A stretch of DNA of 64,000 bases from Opitutales bacterium (GTDB taxonomy: Bacteria; Verrucomicrobiota; Verrucomicrobiia; Opitutales; PNEW01). This document shows, one piece after another, positions 11,041 to 20,572 of the stretch (the stretch's first letter is position 1; each line of letters starts with the position of its first letter). Location of the stretch: positions 544,001-608,000 of the forward strand of contig CBDANS010000007.1 of assembly GCA_965197745.1 (NCBI GenBank). The letters are read 5' to 3'. The position numbers and the translations under genes are program-made. Below the pieces are notes generated by a model that saw nothing but the letters and a program-made list of their open reading frames with translations, did not search any database and was not told where the DNA came from.

Positions 11041-11649
11041 GTCCTTACGACGCATGATTCGTGCCTGCTCCCGGTTTTCACGCCCCGGATAGGCTTTCTG
11101 TGGCACCCATTTATCCAGAGTGTCGAAATAGGGGTGAAAAAGATGATCAATTTCCTCACTGGAGATCGGAAATGGAGGGCCTTCTGGATCTTCGATGTGA
11201 ATAAAAAAAATAACTGCCAAATGCCCGGTTGCTTTTAAGGTTTGATGAATGATGCGCACGTAATCACTGCGTAAGGATGGATTAATCGCGCAGAGAAATG
11301 TATGTTCAAAGACCCAATCAAATTTACCCTTTAATAAATCATTAAGTGAAAAAAAGTCACCTTCCTCATATTTTTCCTCATTTATCAGAGAAAAACTTTT
11401 TGCCTTCTGTATAGCATAAGGGGCGATATCCAATCCCGTGGGTTGCGCGCCGTGTTGCGCGAGCAAACGAACGTCATGTCCATAACCACAACCGGGAACT
11501 AATACATGCCCGCTCACCTTATGCCTGACCAGTAGCTCAATTAAGGGTGGCGCCGCGTAGCCTTTTTCCCAGGGTGTATCGCACGTCTGATAGCGTTCTT
11601 CCCATAGGGTGTCAGGCTCTTTTGAACTGCGATCTAAATAATCTGGCAT
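11020..11649 (-). CDS. Thiopurine S-methyltransferase (TPMT)-family SAM methyltransferase
   Basis: WEERYQ..DTPWEKG, VLVPGCGYGHD, GDFF and FDWVFEHTFLCAI. The start is taken at ATG 11649. Confidence 0.88.
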   Translation of the reverse strand: MPDYLDRSSKEPDTLWEERYQTCDTPWEKGYAAPPLIELLVRHKVSGHVLVPGCGYGHDVRLLAQHGAQPTGLDIAPYAIQKAKSFSLINEEKYEEGDFFSLNDLLKGKFDWVFEHTFLCAINPSLRSDYVRIIHQTLKATGHLAVIFFIHIEDPEGPPFPISSEEIDHLFHPYFDTLDKWVPQKAYPGRENREQARIMRRKDHQIKKH

Positions 11650-11702
11650 GTGTCCAAAAAGATATGATACTTCCTCGAGAATAACAACGGATAATTCAAC
11701 CG

Positions 11703-13178
11703 ATGCCATCGCCGGTCCTTATAGATCTTAATAAAGTAGACGTTTCCTTAAATAATAAAAGAGTCCTGCATTCAATTTCCTGGAAATTGCGCAAAGGTGA
11801 ACAGTGGCTTTTTTTGGGGCCTAATGGCTCGGGAAAGACAACACTTCTGAAATTGATTCGTGGTTATCTTTGGCCCACTCCTGGAAGTAGGGGAAAAAGA
11901 TTATATTATTTCTCTGGTGAGACGTCGGAGAGTCCAATAGGTCTGGAAAATAAAATTGCCTGGGTTTCATCTGAACAACAGCAGCGCTATCAGCGATATG
12001 AATGGAATCTTTCGGGTGAGGATATAATACTCACCGGATTTTGGGACACTGATTTTTTATATGAAAAACCTGACGTAACACAGGTCAATCTAGCGCGCCA
12101 ACTGATCAGGAAACTAAAAGTCCAGCAATTAGCGAAAAAATACTATGATCAGATGTCCGAAGGGGAGCTTCGCATAATACTCATTGTTCGAGCCCTGATT
12201 AGTCACCCTGAGGTATTAATTGTCGAAGAGTTTTGCAATAACCTCGATTCCCACGCCCGGGGTGAGCTGTTAGCAATGATAGATCGAATGAAATTCACGG
12301 GCACTCAAATCATTATGTCAGCTCATCGAAGCGAAGACATATTGCCATCGATAACGCATATCGCGGTATTAGATATCGGGCGAATTATAAAAATGGAAAT
12401 GCTGCGGGAAATGTATAAAAGTGGATATTTTTCTGAAAGATGTCCGAGAGAGGAAAATAGAAAAAGAGTCCCTCTATCGAGGAATCGAGGCAAGCAACAA
12501 CCCCTTGTTTGCGTCCGAAATGCCGATGTCTATTATCATCACAGAAAAATTTTGAGTAAGATCGATTGGCGGGTAATGACGAATGAAAATTGGGCAATAA
12601 CCGGGCCCAACGGATCTGGAAAAAGTAGCTTGCTCAAACTTGTTTATGGGGATTTTTCTTGTGCTTTAGGAGGTGATATCAGCCATTTCGATGCTCATGG
12701 TCGGATTGTGGTGCTTGAAGCCCGGCGTATGATGGGGCTTGTTTCGTCATCATTACAGCATGCTTACAAAGAAGCTATTTCGGTTGAGCGTGCGGTTGCC
12801 AGCGGTTATTTTGCCAGTATCGGTATGAATGAACGGATTACTGCAGGTCAGGGAAAACGCGTGCTTCAAATATTAAACCAATTAAAAATTGAAAAACTGG
12901 CTAAGAAAAATGTTCAGCGTTTATCATTTGGTCAGATACGAAAAGTTCTTATTGCCCGCGCAATGGTATTTAAGCCCCGCTTATTGCTATTGGACGAACC
13001 GCTGGATGGGCTTGATGTCTCAACACGAGAAGAAATAAATATTATACTCGCGTCGTTGGCAGCGATGGGGACAAGCCTTGTTATGGTTTCTCACCACGAG
13101 GAGGATTTTCCTCAGAATATTACACACCGGATGCGTCTTGAAAATGGGCGAATAGTCGAACGGCGAAAGGTAAGGTAA
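11703..13178 (+). CDS. ABC ATPase with two nucleotide-binding domains, ModF-like
   Basis: Two Walker A motifs (GPNGSGKT, GPNGSGKS), LSFGQ and LLLLDEP. Confidence 0.85.
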   Translation: MPSPVLIDLNKVDVSLNNKRVLHSISWKLRKGEQWLFLGPNGSGKTTLLKLIRGYLWPTPGSRGKRLYYFSGETSESPIGLENKIAWVSSEQQQRYQRYEWNLSGEDIILTGFWDTDFLYEKPDVTQVNLARQLIRKLKVQQLAKKYYDQMSEGELRIILIVRALISHPEVLIVEEFCNNLDSHARGELLAMIDRMKFTGTQIIMSAHRSEDILPSITHIAVLDIGRIIKMEMLREMYKSGYFSERCPREENRKRVPLSRNRGKQQPLVCVRNADVYYHHRKILSKIDWRVMTNENWAITGPNGSGKSSLLKLVYGDFSCALGGDISHFDAHGRIVVLEARRMMGLVSSSLQHAYKEAISVERAVASGYFASIGMNERITAGQGKRVLQILNQLKIEKLAKKNVQRLSFGQIRKVLIARAMVFKPRLLLLDEPLDGLDVSTREEINIILASLAAMGTSLVMVSHHEEDFPQNITHRMRLENGRIVERRKVR

Positions 13179-13224
13179 TTTCAAATGCTTTGACATGAAT
13201 TAAGAACAGGCTTTACTGGGTGAT

Positions 13225-13710
13225 ATGGTATTAAGGAAGGTAGGATTCAGGATTTACGGGTGCATTCTCTGCTTGCAGTTTACCCTTTGTGAGGTATGCG
13301 CCCTTGAAATCGTAAATGCCTATCCTCAATTTATGGAGGAGCAGAGTTTTCAGCGTATTAGTGAATTTTTTTCCGGTGTGGAAAAAGCGGGACCTTACCT
13401 CATTGTGCGAACCCAACCCCAGGTCCGTGGAGGAGAGTATTTTGTGATTACTCTCGATCAGAGAGTTCGCTCGCTACCGGAGGGAACCCAAATAATACTC
13501 GAAGTGGTTCGACCCGATTCACATTCTCTCACTGCCTACACCCTGGAACTCCCCGAAAAGAGGCCGAACACAAGACAGATCTATGCCGGGATCACGGGTT
13601 CGGAATGGCCGGATTCTGCGATCCGCCCTTTAGCCTGGAAAATTTCATTCATTAATTCACAGGGAACAGTAATTGCAGAAAAACAGAGTTATTTGTGGAC
13701 ATATCCCTGA
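13225..13710 (+). CDS. Exported hypothetical protein
   Basis: 161-aa ORF with a signal-like N-terminus, FQRISEFFSG.E and a KQSYLW C-terminus. No family was recognised with certainty. Confidence 0.7.
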   Translation: MVLRKVGFRIYGCILCLQFTLCEVCALEIVNAYPQFMEEQSFQRISEFFSGVEKAGPYLIVRTQPQVRGGEYFVITLDQRVRSLPEGTQIILEVVRPDSHSLTAYTLELPEKRPNTRQIYAGITGSEWPDSAIRPLAWKISFINSQGTVIAEKQSYLWTYP

Positions 13711-13790
13711 AGGTGACCGTTTCAAATACACGCACGGGCGAAATTATTAACGAACGCGTTACCCTTTAGGTTGCTTAGAGGTCTCTGCTC

Positions 13791-14654
13791 ATGCAATGGA
13801 TACCATGGCGTCCGCTTCACCTTAAGGTATCATTTACTGCGAAATCACTGGGGGAGACATTAGACGGGGGGCAATCCTTTAGATGGAATCAATCTCGCGA
13901 TGGTAATTGGATAGGCCAATGGTCTCAATGCCTGGCGCGCGTGCGTTTGGATTCAAAAAACAACTTGGAATGGTCATGTCCTTCTCAATTAAAAACGCTC
14001 GTTGAAATTGAGATAGCACGGTACTTCGCTACCGATAATAATTATTTATCGATCATTGATCAATTGCCGTGGCGCAGTGATAAAATATTGGCTGAAGCTA
14101 TAAAAAGCCTGGAGGGTTTACGAATCCTGGGCCAACCATTAAGCGAAACACTCCTGACTTTTCTCTGCAGTTCGACTAAGCGAATTTCCCAGATTAAAAT
14201 AATATGTGATACCCTCGCTGAAAATTATGGTGAGCTTATCGCAGGTCAGTATCGAGCGCTTCCTACATGGGAGACTTTAAACACCATTTCTGAAAAGGAA
14301 TTGCGCGCCTGTAAAATCGGCTACCGGGCCCGATTTATTAAAGATACTGCTCGTATTCTGGTTGAGCGACCTAATTTCCTCTCAGAAACAAAGCGGCGCC
14401 CCTATAACGAGGCCAGGAGTGCTTTTATGGAATTACCCGGGGTGGGAGAAAAGATCGCCGATTGTGTACTCTTATTTGGAGACGGTCGACTGGAAGCGTT
14501 TCCGGTTGATGTTTGGATGCTAAAAGCGATGGCCAGACACTATGGATTGGACGGATGGAAACCGGCGCAAGTGTCACAATTTGGGCGCGCTCATTTTGGC
14601 TCCTACGCCGGCTATGCTCAGCAGTTTTTATTTGCCGGTGAGCGGAGAAGGTAA
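13791..14654 (+). CDS. 8-oxoguanine DNA glycosylase (OGG/HhH-GPD family)
   Basis: TLDGGQSFRW, GYRA, LPGVGEKIADCVLLF, AFPVDVW and YAGYAQQFLF. Confidence 0.9.
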   Translation: MQWIPWRPLHLKVSFTAKSLGETLDGGQSFRWNQSRDGNWIGQWSQCLARVRLDSKNNLEWSCPSQLKTLVEIEIARYFATDNNYLSIIDQLPWRSDKILAEAIKSLEGLRILGQPLSETLLTFLCSSTKRISQIKIICDTLAENYGELIAGQYRALPTWETLNTISEKELRACKIGYRARFIKDTARILVERPNFLSETKRRPYNEARSAFMELPGVGEKIADCVLLFGDGRLEAFPVDVWMLKAMARHYGLDGWKPAQVSQFGRAHFGSYAGYAQQFLFAGERRR

Positions 14655-14659
14655 GTGTA

Positions 14660-15697
14660 ATGAGTCGATGTGATAAAGCGAAAATGAGTGCATGCGGAAA
14701 ATGCATCGTGCATTCACTATACCCCATATTAATTGTGGCATTACTTTTGTTATTGGGACTGGTAATACTTTATCTCCCTCGGATTATTACGGAAAAAGGC
14801 AAAGAGATAACTGAAACCAAAAAGCCCGACACCTATGATAGAGGCTATCCCGTATCCATCGTCGATGCGCTGGGGCGTGAAATTTCAATGAGAGAAAGAC
14901 CGGAACGGATCATATCTCTCGCTCCAAGTTTGACTCAGACGGTATTTATTATCGGATCAGAAGACCGCCTGGTTGGTAGAACACGATTCTGCCGGTGGCC
15001 TCCGGAAGCAGAAAGGATACAAAGTGTGGGAGGCCCCGCCGCTCCCCACATCGAGTCGATGATGGCTTTACAACCGGATCTGGTCCTGGCAACGACTTTG
15101 ACCCCAATCGAGGTTGTGCGTCAGATCGAAGCCCTGAGCGTGACAATCGCCATCTTTAAACAAGAGGGAGTCGATGGGACTTTTAACGACATGGAAGTGA
15201 TCGGTCGTCTTATTGGCTCCTTGTCTGAAGCGAATATCGCTTTGAAGAAATTAAATACACGCAGGTTTGAATTAAGAGAAAAAGTCGAGATGGTTGTAAA
15301 ACGACCGAAAACCTTATTGCTCTACGGTGTAGACGGTTTATACAGCGCCAGAGTCGGCACATTTCCGAGTGACATGATCGTATTAGCGGGTGGTGATAAT
15401 GTGGTCAAGGCTACGGCATCCGAATGGCCACAACTATCTATGGAAAGCATTATAGAGTGGAATCCTGAAGTCATTATGGTAACACTTCGTCCCGGTGAAG
15501 AAGAAAAGAGACTTGTCACAATGGTTGTAGCAGGTTGGAAAGATGATGCTCGTTGGGCGACTATATCAGCGGTAAGGGAAAACAGAATATTATATTTAGA
15601 CGATACACTCATGTCTGTTCCCGGACCGCAGATGATTGAAACAGCAGTGACCATAGCAAAAGCTCTCCACCCCGAAATATTTTCTGAATCGCGTTAA
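14660..15697 (+). CDS. Cobalamin/Fe-siderophore ABC substrate-binding protein (BtuF-like)
   Basis: DALGRE...PERIISLAPSLT, QPDLVL, PGP and an N-terminal membrane anchor. It sits beside btuB and the riboswitch. Confidence 0.85.
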   Translation: MSRCDKAKMSACGKCIVHSLYPILIVALLLLLGLVILYLPRIITEKGKEITETKKPDTYDRGYPVSIVDALGREISMRERPERIISLAPSLTQTVFIIGSEDRLVGRTRFCRWPPEAERIQSVGGPAAPHIESMMALQPDLVLATTLTPIEVVRQIEALSVTIAIFKQEGVDGTFNDMEVIGRLIGSLSEANIALKKLNTRRFELREKVEMVVKRPKTLLLYGVDGLYSARVGTFPSDMIVLAGGDNVVKATASEWPQLSMESIIEWNPEVIMVTLRPGEEEKRLVTMVVAGWKDDARWATISAVRENRILYLDDTLMSVPGPQMIETAVTIAKALHPEIFSESR

Positions 15698-16506
15698 TGA
15701 GTAATTCCATTTTATGTAAAGGAAACCGTCTGGTGGCCGGATACGGAAATGATCCTGTCCTCCATGATCTTAATATTCAACTTCATCAAGGTGAATTACT
15801 GGGTATCCTGGGACCCAATGGTTCGGGTAAAAGCACCCTTATCCGCACTTTGACGGGGGCCCTGCCCTTAAGGAGTGGAGAAATTATTTTAGATGATCGA
15901 ACGATCTCTGAATACAGCAGGGTAGAGCAGGCGCAGCGTGTTGCGGTTGTCCCTCAAGCCAGCCCTGTTCTTTTTTCATTTTCAGTTCGTGAAACCGTTG
16001 AGATGGGTCGTTATCCGCATTCCGGATCGTTAAGGGCAATGCGTGACGGGGACAATAAAGCGGTGGCGGCGGCTATGCATGAAGCAGACATTATTCATCT
16101 TCAAGACCGTGCTATAGATCAGCTTAGTGGCGGTGAATGGCAGCGGGTAATGTTAGCGCGCGCCCTCGCTCAACGTTCTAAAGTTCTTCTTTTGGATGAG
16201 CCCACCGCCCATCTCGATTTGTCTCACCAGTTGCAGGTATTTAAGATTGTGAAAAGATTGTGCCGCGATGAAGGAATGGGGGTTCTATGTGTCTTGCAGG
16301 ATTTGAACCTGGCCGCAGAATTTTGCGGGCGTCTTATTTTAATGATTGAAGGGCGCATTCTTTTTGAAGGTAAGCCTCGTGAGGTAATCACCATTGAAAA
16401 CTTACGCCAGGTATACGGTGTTACTGTTGAGATTGAACACAACCCTTACAGTGACCGGCCAATGGTGATTTTACGCAACGGTGATGAGAGAGGAGCAACG
16501 CCATGA
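15697..16506 (+). CDS. Cobalamin/Fe-siderophore ABC ATPase (FepC/BtuD-like)
   Basis: GPNGSGKST, LSGGEWQRV and LLLDEPTAHLD. Confidence 0.9.
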   Translation: MSNSILCKGNRLVAGYGNDPVLHDLNIQLHQGELLGILGPNGSGKSTLIRTLTGALPLRSGEIILDDRTISEYSRVEQAQRVAVVPQASPVLFSFSVRETVEMGRYPHSGSLRAMRDGDNKAVAAAMHEADIIHLQDRAIDQLSGGEWQRVMLARALAQRSKVLLLDEPTAHLDLSHQLQVFKIVKRLCRDEGMGVLCVLQDLNLAAEFCGRLILMIEGRILFEGKPREVITIENLRQVYGVTVEIEHNPYSDRPMVILRNGDERGATP

Positions 16507-17552
16507 AAGAGAGAGAAACTACTCTAGGTAACGGGATCGTTTTTTTTATCTCATTTGGCCTTTTGCTTCTATTTTCAATTTGGTTTTCTCTTAGTCTTGG
16601 GCAACTGGGATTTACAAAACCTTCGGATTTGATGCAAATTCTGCAGGTTCATTTCAGCCAGGGTAAACTGGAAGGGCCATTGAAAGATCTGTCGATAATT
16701 CTCTGGCAAATACGATTACCGCGCATTGCTCTTGCTCTTCTCGTTGGCGCGAATCTCGCTGTTGCCGGTGCGTTGATGCAGGCCTTATTTTATAATCCAC
16801 TGGCCGAACCCTATATCGTCGGTGTCTCTGCTGGAGCCGCCCTGGGGGCGGTTATCGCCATGATTCTCGGATTGGAAGCCGCTTTTTTCGGATTAAACGG
16901 AGTTGCCATTTTTGCCTTTGCCGGAGCCACAGGCACGACGCTTATCGTTTATCGTGTCGCGAAACGCGCGGGAAAGGTTTCCATCAGCACTCTTTTATTG
17001 ACGGGTATTGCCGTGGGAGGATTAATGCAGGCTCTTACCACCCTGTTGATTTTGCAGGCGGAGCCCTACCATATCAGAAATGTTCTTGCATGGCTCATGG
17101 GCAGCCTGGCTTACCGCGATTGGAATTACGCGATTGTCTTGTTGCCGTATACCTTAATAGGATTGACCGTTGCCTGCTATCACTACCGGACCTTAAACGC
17201 GCTGGCCACGGGTGAAGAGTCAGCCCACTACCTCGGAGTAAATGTAGAAAGAGCCAAACTCGTACTTCTCCTGATCGCATCTCTGCTTGCCGCTTCCGCG
17301 GTTGCGGTCAGCGGTATTATTGCTTTTGTGGGGTTAATTGTCCCTCATCTGGTGCGTATACTTCTTAGAGCTAATCATCGTGTTCTCTTGCCTGCTTCAA
17401 TTCTCGTAGGTTCGTTTTTGGTAATGTGGGCTGATATCCTTGCCCGCACGGTGGCTCCGGGACAGGAGATCCCTATTGGTGTGGTGACGAGCGTATTAGG
17501 ATGTCTTTTTTTCCTTTATCTTCTGCGACACTATAAAGGCAGAGCGATATAA
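16503..17552 (+). CDS. FecCD/BtuC-family ABC permease
   Basis: IRLPRI, NPLAEPYIVGVSAGA, GIIAFVGLIVPH and EIPIGVVT. Confidence 0.92.
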   Translation: MKERETTLGNGIVFFISFGLLLLFSIWFSLSLGQLGFTKPSDLMQILQVHFSQGKLEGPLKDLSIILWQIRLPRIALALLVGANLAVAGALMQALFYNPLAEPYIVGVSAGAALGAVIAMILGLEAAFFGLNGVAIFAFAGATGTTLIVYRVAKRAGKVSISTLLLTGIAVGGLMQALTTLLILQAEPYHIRNVLAWLMGSLAYRDWNYAIVLLPYTLIGLTVACYHYRTLNALATGEESAHYLGVNVERAKLVLLLIASLLAASAVAVSGIIAFVGLIVPHLVRILLRANHRVLLPASILVGSFLVMWADILARTVAPGQEIPIGVVTSVLGCLFFLYLLRHYKGRAI

Positions 17553-17627
17553 AGATAAACGAATCCTGTCTTAACAGGATAGACATTGATATCACAATGG
17601 TAAAATGAATGTGAACCTGATCGTTAT

Positions 17628-19451
17628 TTAGAAATGATATTTTGCACCGGTAAAGAGACTTGCGTTCGTCGCCGGAAAACCGGCTATGGGTTCAAATTTA
17701 TCATTAAGTAAATTCTCACCTCTCACCCAGATTTCAAAATTATTCCAGTTAATAGTAGCCGACGCTCTAACGGCCAGATAGTCCTCATGAGCACCTTGGA
17801 TGAATGTGTTGGGATCGAGATCTTCCCTGTCAAGAACCCAGGTTACTCCCAGGTTCAAATGCAAATAATCCCTCGGTTGAGCAGTGACTAGGGCATCAAA
17901 TTGATGTCGGGGGCGGCGCAGTAATCGCTTATCGTTAGCTTCGTCTTTAGCTTCCGTGTAGGTGTAGTTAATTTGAGGCTGAATGTGATCGCCCTCATAA
18001 GCCGTGGTAAACTCTAACCCATAGGTTCTTGCGAGTGCTACATTTTCCACACGTCCTGTAAAGTCAATTTCCGGATCAGGAACATACTGAATCAGGTTAT
18101 CGATCTCATTCCAAAAAACTATGCCAGAGATCCCCCAGGGCCCTTTCTGGATTTTTATTCCCCCTTCCCAGGAGAGGCCTTTTTCAGGATTCACATCAGG
18201 ATTGGCAGAACCGGGAAAATATAGATCTTGAAAAGTCGGGATGGAGTAGGATTCCCCGACATTGGTATGCAGCACTACCCCATCTTTTGGTTGGAAGCTG
18301 GCACCTGTCCTCCATGACCAGGCATTCTTAAAATCGCTATAGGTGTCATAGCGAACAGCAGTCAGTAAATTCCATTTAGTATTTGGTTGATACTGACTAT
18401 GAAGGAAAAAACCTGCATTATCCTGACTCTCATCGATAGGAGCAAATCCTTCTCTCTGCACCTCTGTGGTATAAGCTTCAGTTCCAGCGAGTAAGGTAAA
18501 TGACTCGAAACCGGTGAAGGCTGCACTATAATCTAAACGCCAGGATTTCATTACCTGTTCATTACTGAAGAAGGAACTGAAAAAGTCTTGTTTTTGCCTG
18601 TCGTAGGACAGGTATAGTTTATGGTTCCAGTTTTCGGATGGCTGCCATTCTATTCCGGGTGAGAGAATTACACTCTGTGTATCGATTATGTCATCAGGGC
18701 TGGGGAAAGAACTGATTCCCGGAACTCCGGAATTTACTTCATACCAACCAAAAAGTAAATCGGTATGGATTTGATCACCATTATAATCAAGTTTGCCTCT
18801 CATCCCCGTCTGCTTATAGTTGCTGTTGGGACGTTGAAAATCGGATTCTTCATGAGTGAAAGAAGCGGAGTAGGAAAACCGGTCTATCTTCATGGCGCTT
18901 GATCCCGAGAAACGGTAGGCACCGTAGGAGCCGAACTCTCCTTCAAAGGCATGGGTTGGTTCTTTTGTCGGTTCTTTGCTGATTAGGTTAACAACACCAC
19001 CAATGGCATCGGCTCCGTGGGTTACGGATGCCGGGGTTTTGACAACCTCTATCCTTTTAACATTGTCAAGGTTCAGGTTGGTGTAATCATAGCCCCCCGC
19101 TAAGTTTGGGGATATTTTCCGTCCGTCAATTTGAAGCTGGGTGTGGTTCGACTCAGTGCCACGGATAAACAATGAGGTCGTTTGGCCTTTAGTCCCTGAT
19201 TGAGCAATATGCAGACCGGGGACTGACTGCAAAACATCAGCGAGAGTAATAATTTTCTTTTTTTCTATTTCCGTTGAAGTAATAACATCGACCGATGCGG
19301 CCACATCATCTATCGGCTGAAGGATTCGTGTAGCCGTTATTATCATCTCTTCCAATTCGATGGGTTTATCCAGCGCGGACAAATTAGTCCATAGCTTGAA
19401 GAGAACTGTGGTGAACAATCCTACGATGAGTATTATATTTTTATTCTTCAT
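17628..19451 (-). CDS. btuB: TonB-dependent receptor, probably for cobalamin
   Basis: TonB box (EMIITATR), plug motifs FIRGTESNHT and IEVVK...HGADAIGGVVN, LLRRP, a C-terminal Phe, and an upstream cobalamin riboswitch. Confidence 0.85.
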   Translation of the reverse strand: MKNKNIILIVGLFTTVLFKLWTNLSALDKPIELEEMIITATRILQPIDDVAASVDVITSTEIEKKKIITLADVLQSVPGLHIAQSGTKGQTTSLFIRGTESNHTQLQIDGRKISPNLAGGYDYTNLNLDNVKRIEVVKTPASVTHGADAIGGVVNLISKEPTKEPTHAFEGEFGSYGAYRFSGSSAMKIDRFSYSASFTHEESDFQRPNSNYKQTGMRGKLDYNGDQIHTDLLFGWYEVNSGVPGISSFPSPDDIIDTQSVILSPGIEWQPSENWNHKLYLSYDRQKQDFFSSFFSNEQVMKSWRLDYSAAFTGFESFTLLAGTEAYTTEVQREGFAPIDESQDNAGFFLHSQYQPNTKWNLLTAVRYDTYSDFKNAWSWRTGASFQPKDGVVLHTNVGESYSIPTFQDLYFPGSANPDVNPEKGLSWEGGIKIQKGPWGISGIVFWNEIDNLIQYVPDPEIDFTGRVENVALARTYGLEFTTAYEGDHIQPQINYTYTEAKDEANDKRLLRRPRHQFDALVTAQPRDYLHLNLGVTWVLDREDLDPNTFIQGAHEDYLAVRASATINWNNFEIWVRGENLLNDKFEPIAGFPATNASLFTGAKYHF

Positions 19452-19498
19452 TTATTAATCATGTCTGTGACAATCATCGTCGTAGAAATAGAGCCAAT

Positions 19499-19533
19499 AA
19501 AAAGCCTCCATTTCTCGAGAGAGAATGAAGGCT
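19499..19533 (-). terminator. Riboswitch-associated intrinsic terminator (attenuator)
   Basis: Minus strand AGCCTTCATT-CTCTCTCGAG-AAATGGAGGCT-TTTT, between the aptamer and the btuB start. Confidence 0.7.
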
Positions 19534-19585
19534 ACATAATCCATATCATAGCTCATTCTCCTTCTTCGCGAGAGAGATTAAGAGC

Positions 19586-19725
19586 GTGAAGAAACACGTC
19601 TTCTGACTCCTGGCATCAGTCCTACTACCCGTCCTTCCCTGATCAAGGTGAACAATTGGGTTTCGTATCCAGTTACAGCGGCGCGGCCGCGTCTGATTTT
19701 CACAGACTTCCGTTTGTTTCTTCAC
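19586..19725 (-). promoter_or_regulatory. Cobalamin riboswitch
   Basis: Minus strand AAACGGAAGTCTGTGAAAATCAGACGCGGCCGCGCCGCTGTAA...GGGAAG...AGTCAGAAGAC (B12 box), closed by a GTGAAGAAACA/TGTTTCTTCAC stem and upstream of btuB. Confidence 0.9.
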
Positions 19726-19888
19726 AACAAGCGTCGTACAAAGTCAAAGAACTTCAGATAAAGCAGCAAAGGGGGGCGCGCTTGTCAAGGGAAGCTATAG
19801 GTAAGCACCGAATCGAGCTTGTGCGCGAAAGCGATAGACTGCGATTGAAGACTTAAAATTGGTAGAGGAAAGCGTATTTGATATCCGT

Positions 19889-20464
19889 TTAAAATACTTC
19901 CTTATACCTGGCCATGATGAAAAGCACATCACTCAAACGATTTAAATAATGGGTCAGGATATTTCTAATCTCATGCCCTTTACTTTTTAAATCAATTACC
20001 ATTAGTTCTGCTTCCCTGCATACCTTGCTCGCAAAATCCAATTGGGCGGATGCTGCGGTTGATGATCCATATAAAATCCATCCTTCGATCCGGTAATTTT
20101 CTTTTTCTAAGCCATTTGTAAATCGATCAGCTATTTTTTCAATAAAGTCTAAATCGTTTCTTATCAGATGATCGAATTCTTTACTGTACCGTTCCTTTTT
20201 ATTATCAGCGATTGCTATCTCACCCATAAGTTTAATTAAAGCCTTTTGGATTTTAAACAGAGATTCAGATAACTCCTGATCGACAGGTTCTTCTTTATTT
20301 AAGTGTTGATGAACAAGACCCAGGGAAGCGTGTAAAGTGTCGATTTTACCATTGGCTATAACGCGACAGTCACTTTTAGGAACGCGATCACCCATTAAAA
20401 GTGATGTTTCCCTTTCATCGCCTGTTTTCGTTATAATTTTAATGGTCATGATCTTTGATTGCAT
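19889..20464 (-). CDS. ATP:cob(I)alamin adenosyltransferase, PduO type (divergent)
   Basis: KIITKTGD..ETSL..G.RVPK and YLNRLSDVLFIMAR. The start may be ATG 20449. Confidence 0.82.
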   Translation of the reverse strand: MQSKIMTIKIITKTGDERETSLLMGDRVPKSDCRVIANGKIDTLHASLGLVHQHLNKEEPVDQELSESLFKIQKALIKLMGEIAIADNKKERYSKEFDHLIRNDLDFIEKIADRFTNGLEKENYRIEGWILYGSSTAASAQLDFASKVCREAELMVIDLKSKGHEIRNILTHYLNRLSDVLFIMARYKEVF

Positions 20465-20474
20465 ATTCTAAACT

Positions 20475-20571
20475 GATGCAAGATACAAGATACATGATTC
20501 AGGTTATGAGTTATAGTCTAGAATAACCATCCAGTTAAATCGGCAATCGTAAATCGGCCATCGCAAATCGA
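20475..20571. repeat. Two short heptamer tandem arrays
   Basis: GATGCAA-GATACAA-GATACAT-GATTCAG (20475-20502) and AAATCGG-CAATCGT-AAATCGG-CCATCGC-AAATCGA (20537-20571). Confidence 0.65.
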
Positions 20572-20572
20572 T

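Noticed and set aside
19656..19856. 66-aa ORF on the plus strand
   Set aside because: It is antisense to the cobalamin riboswitch and its promoter region.
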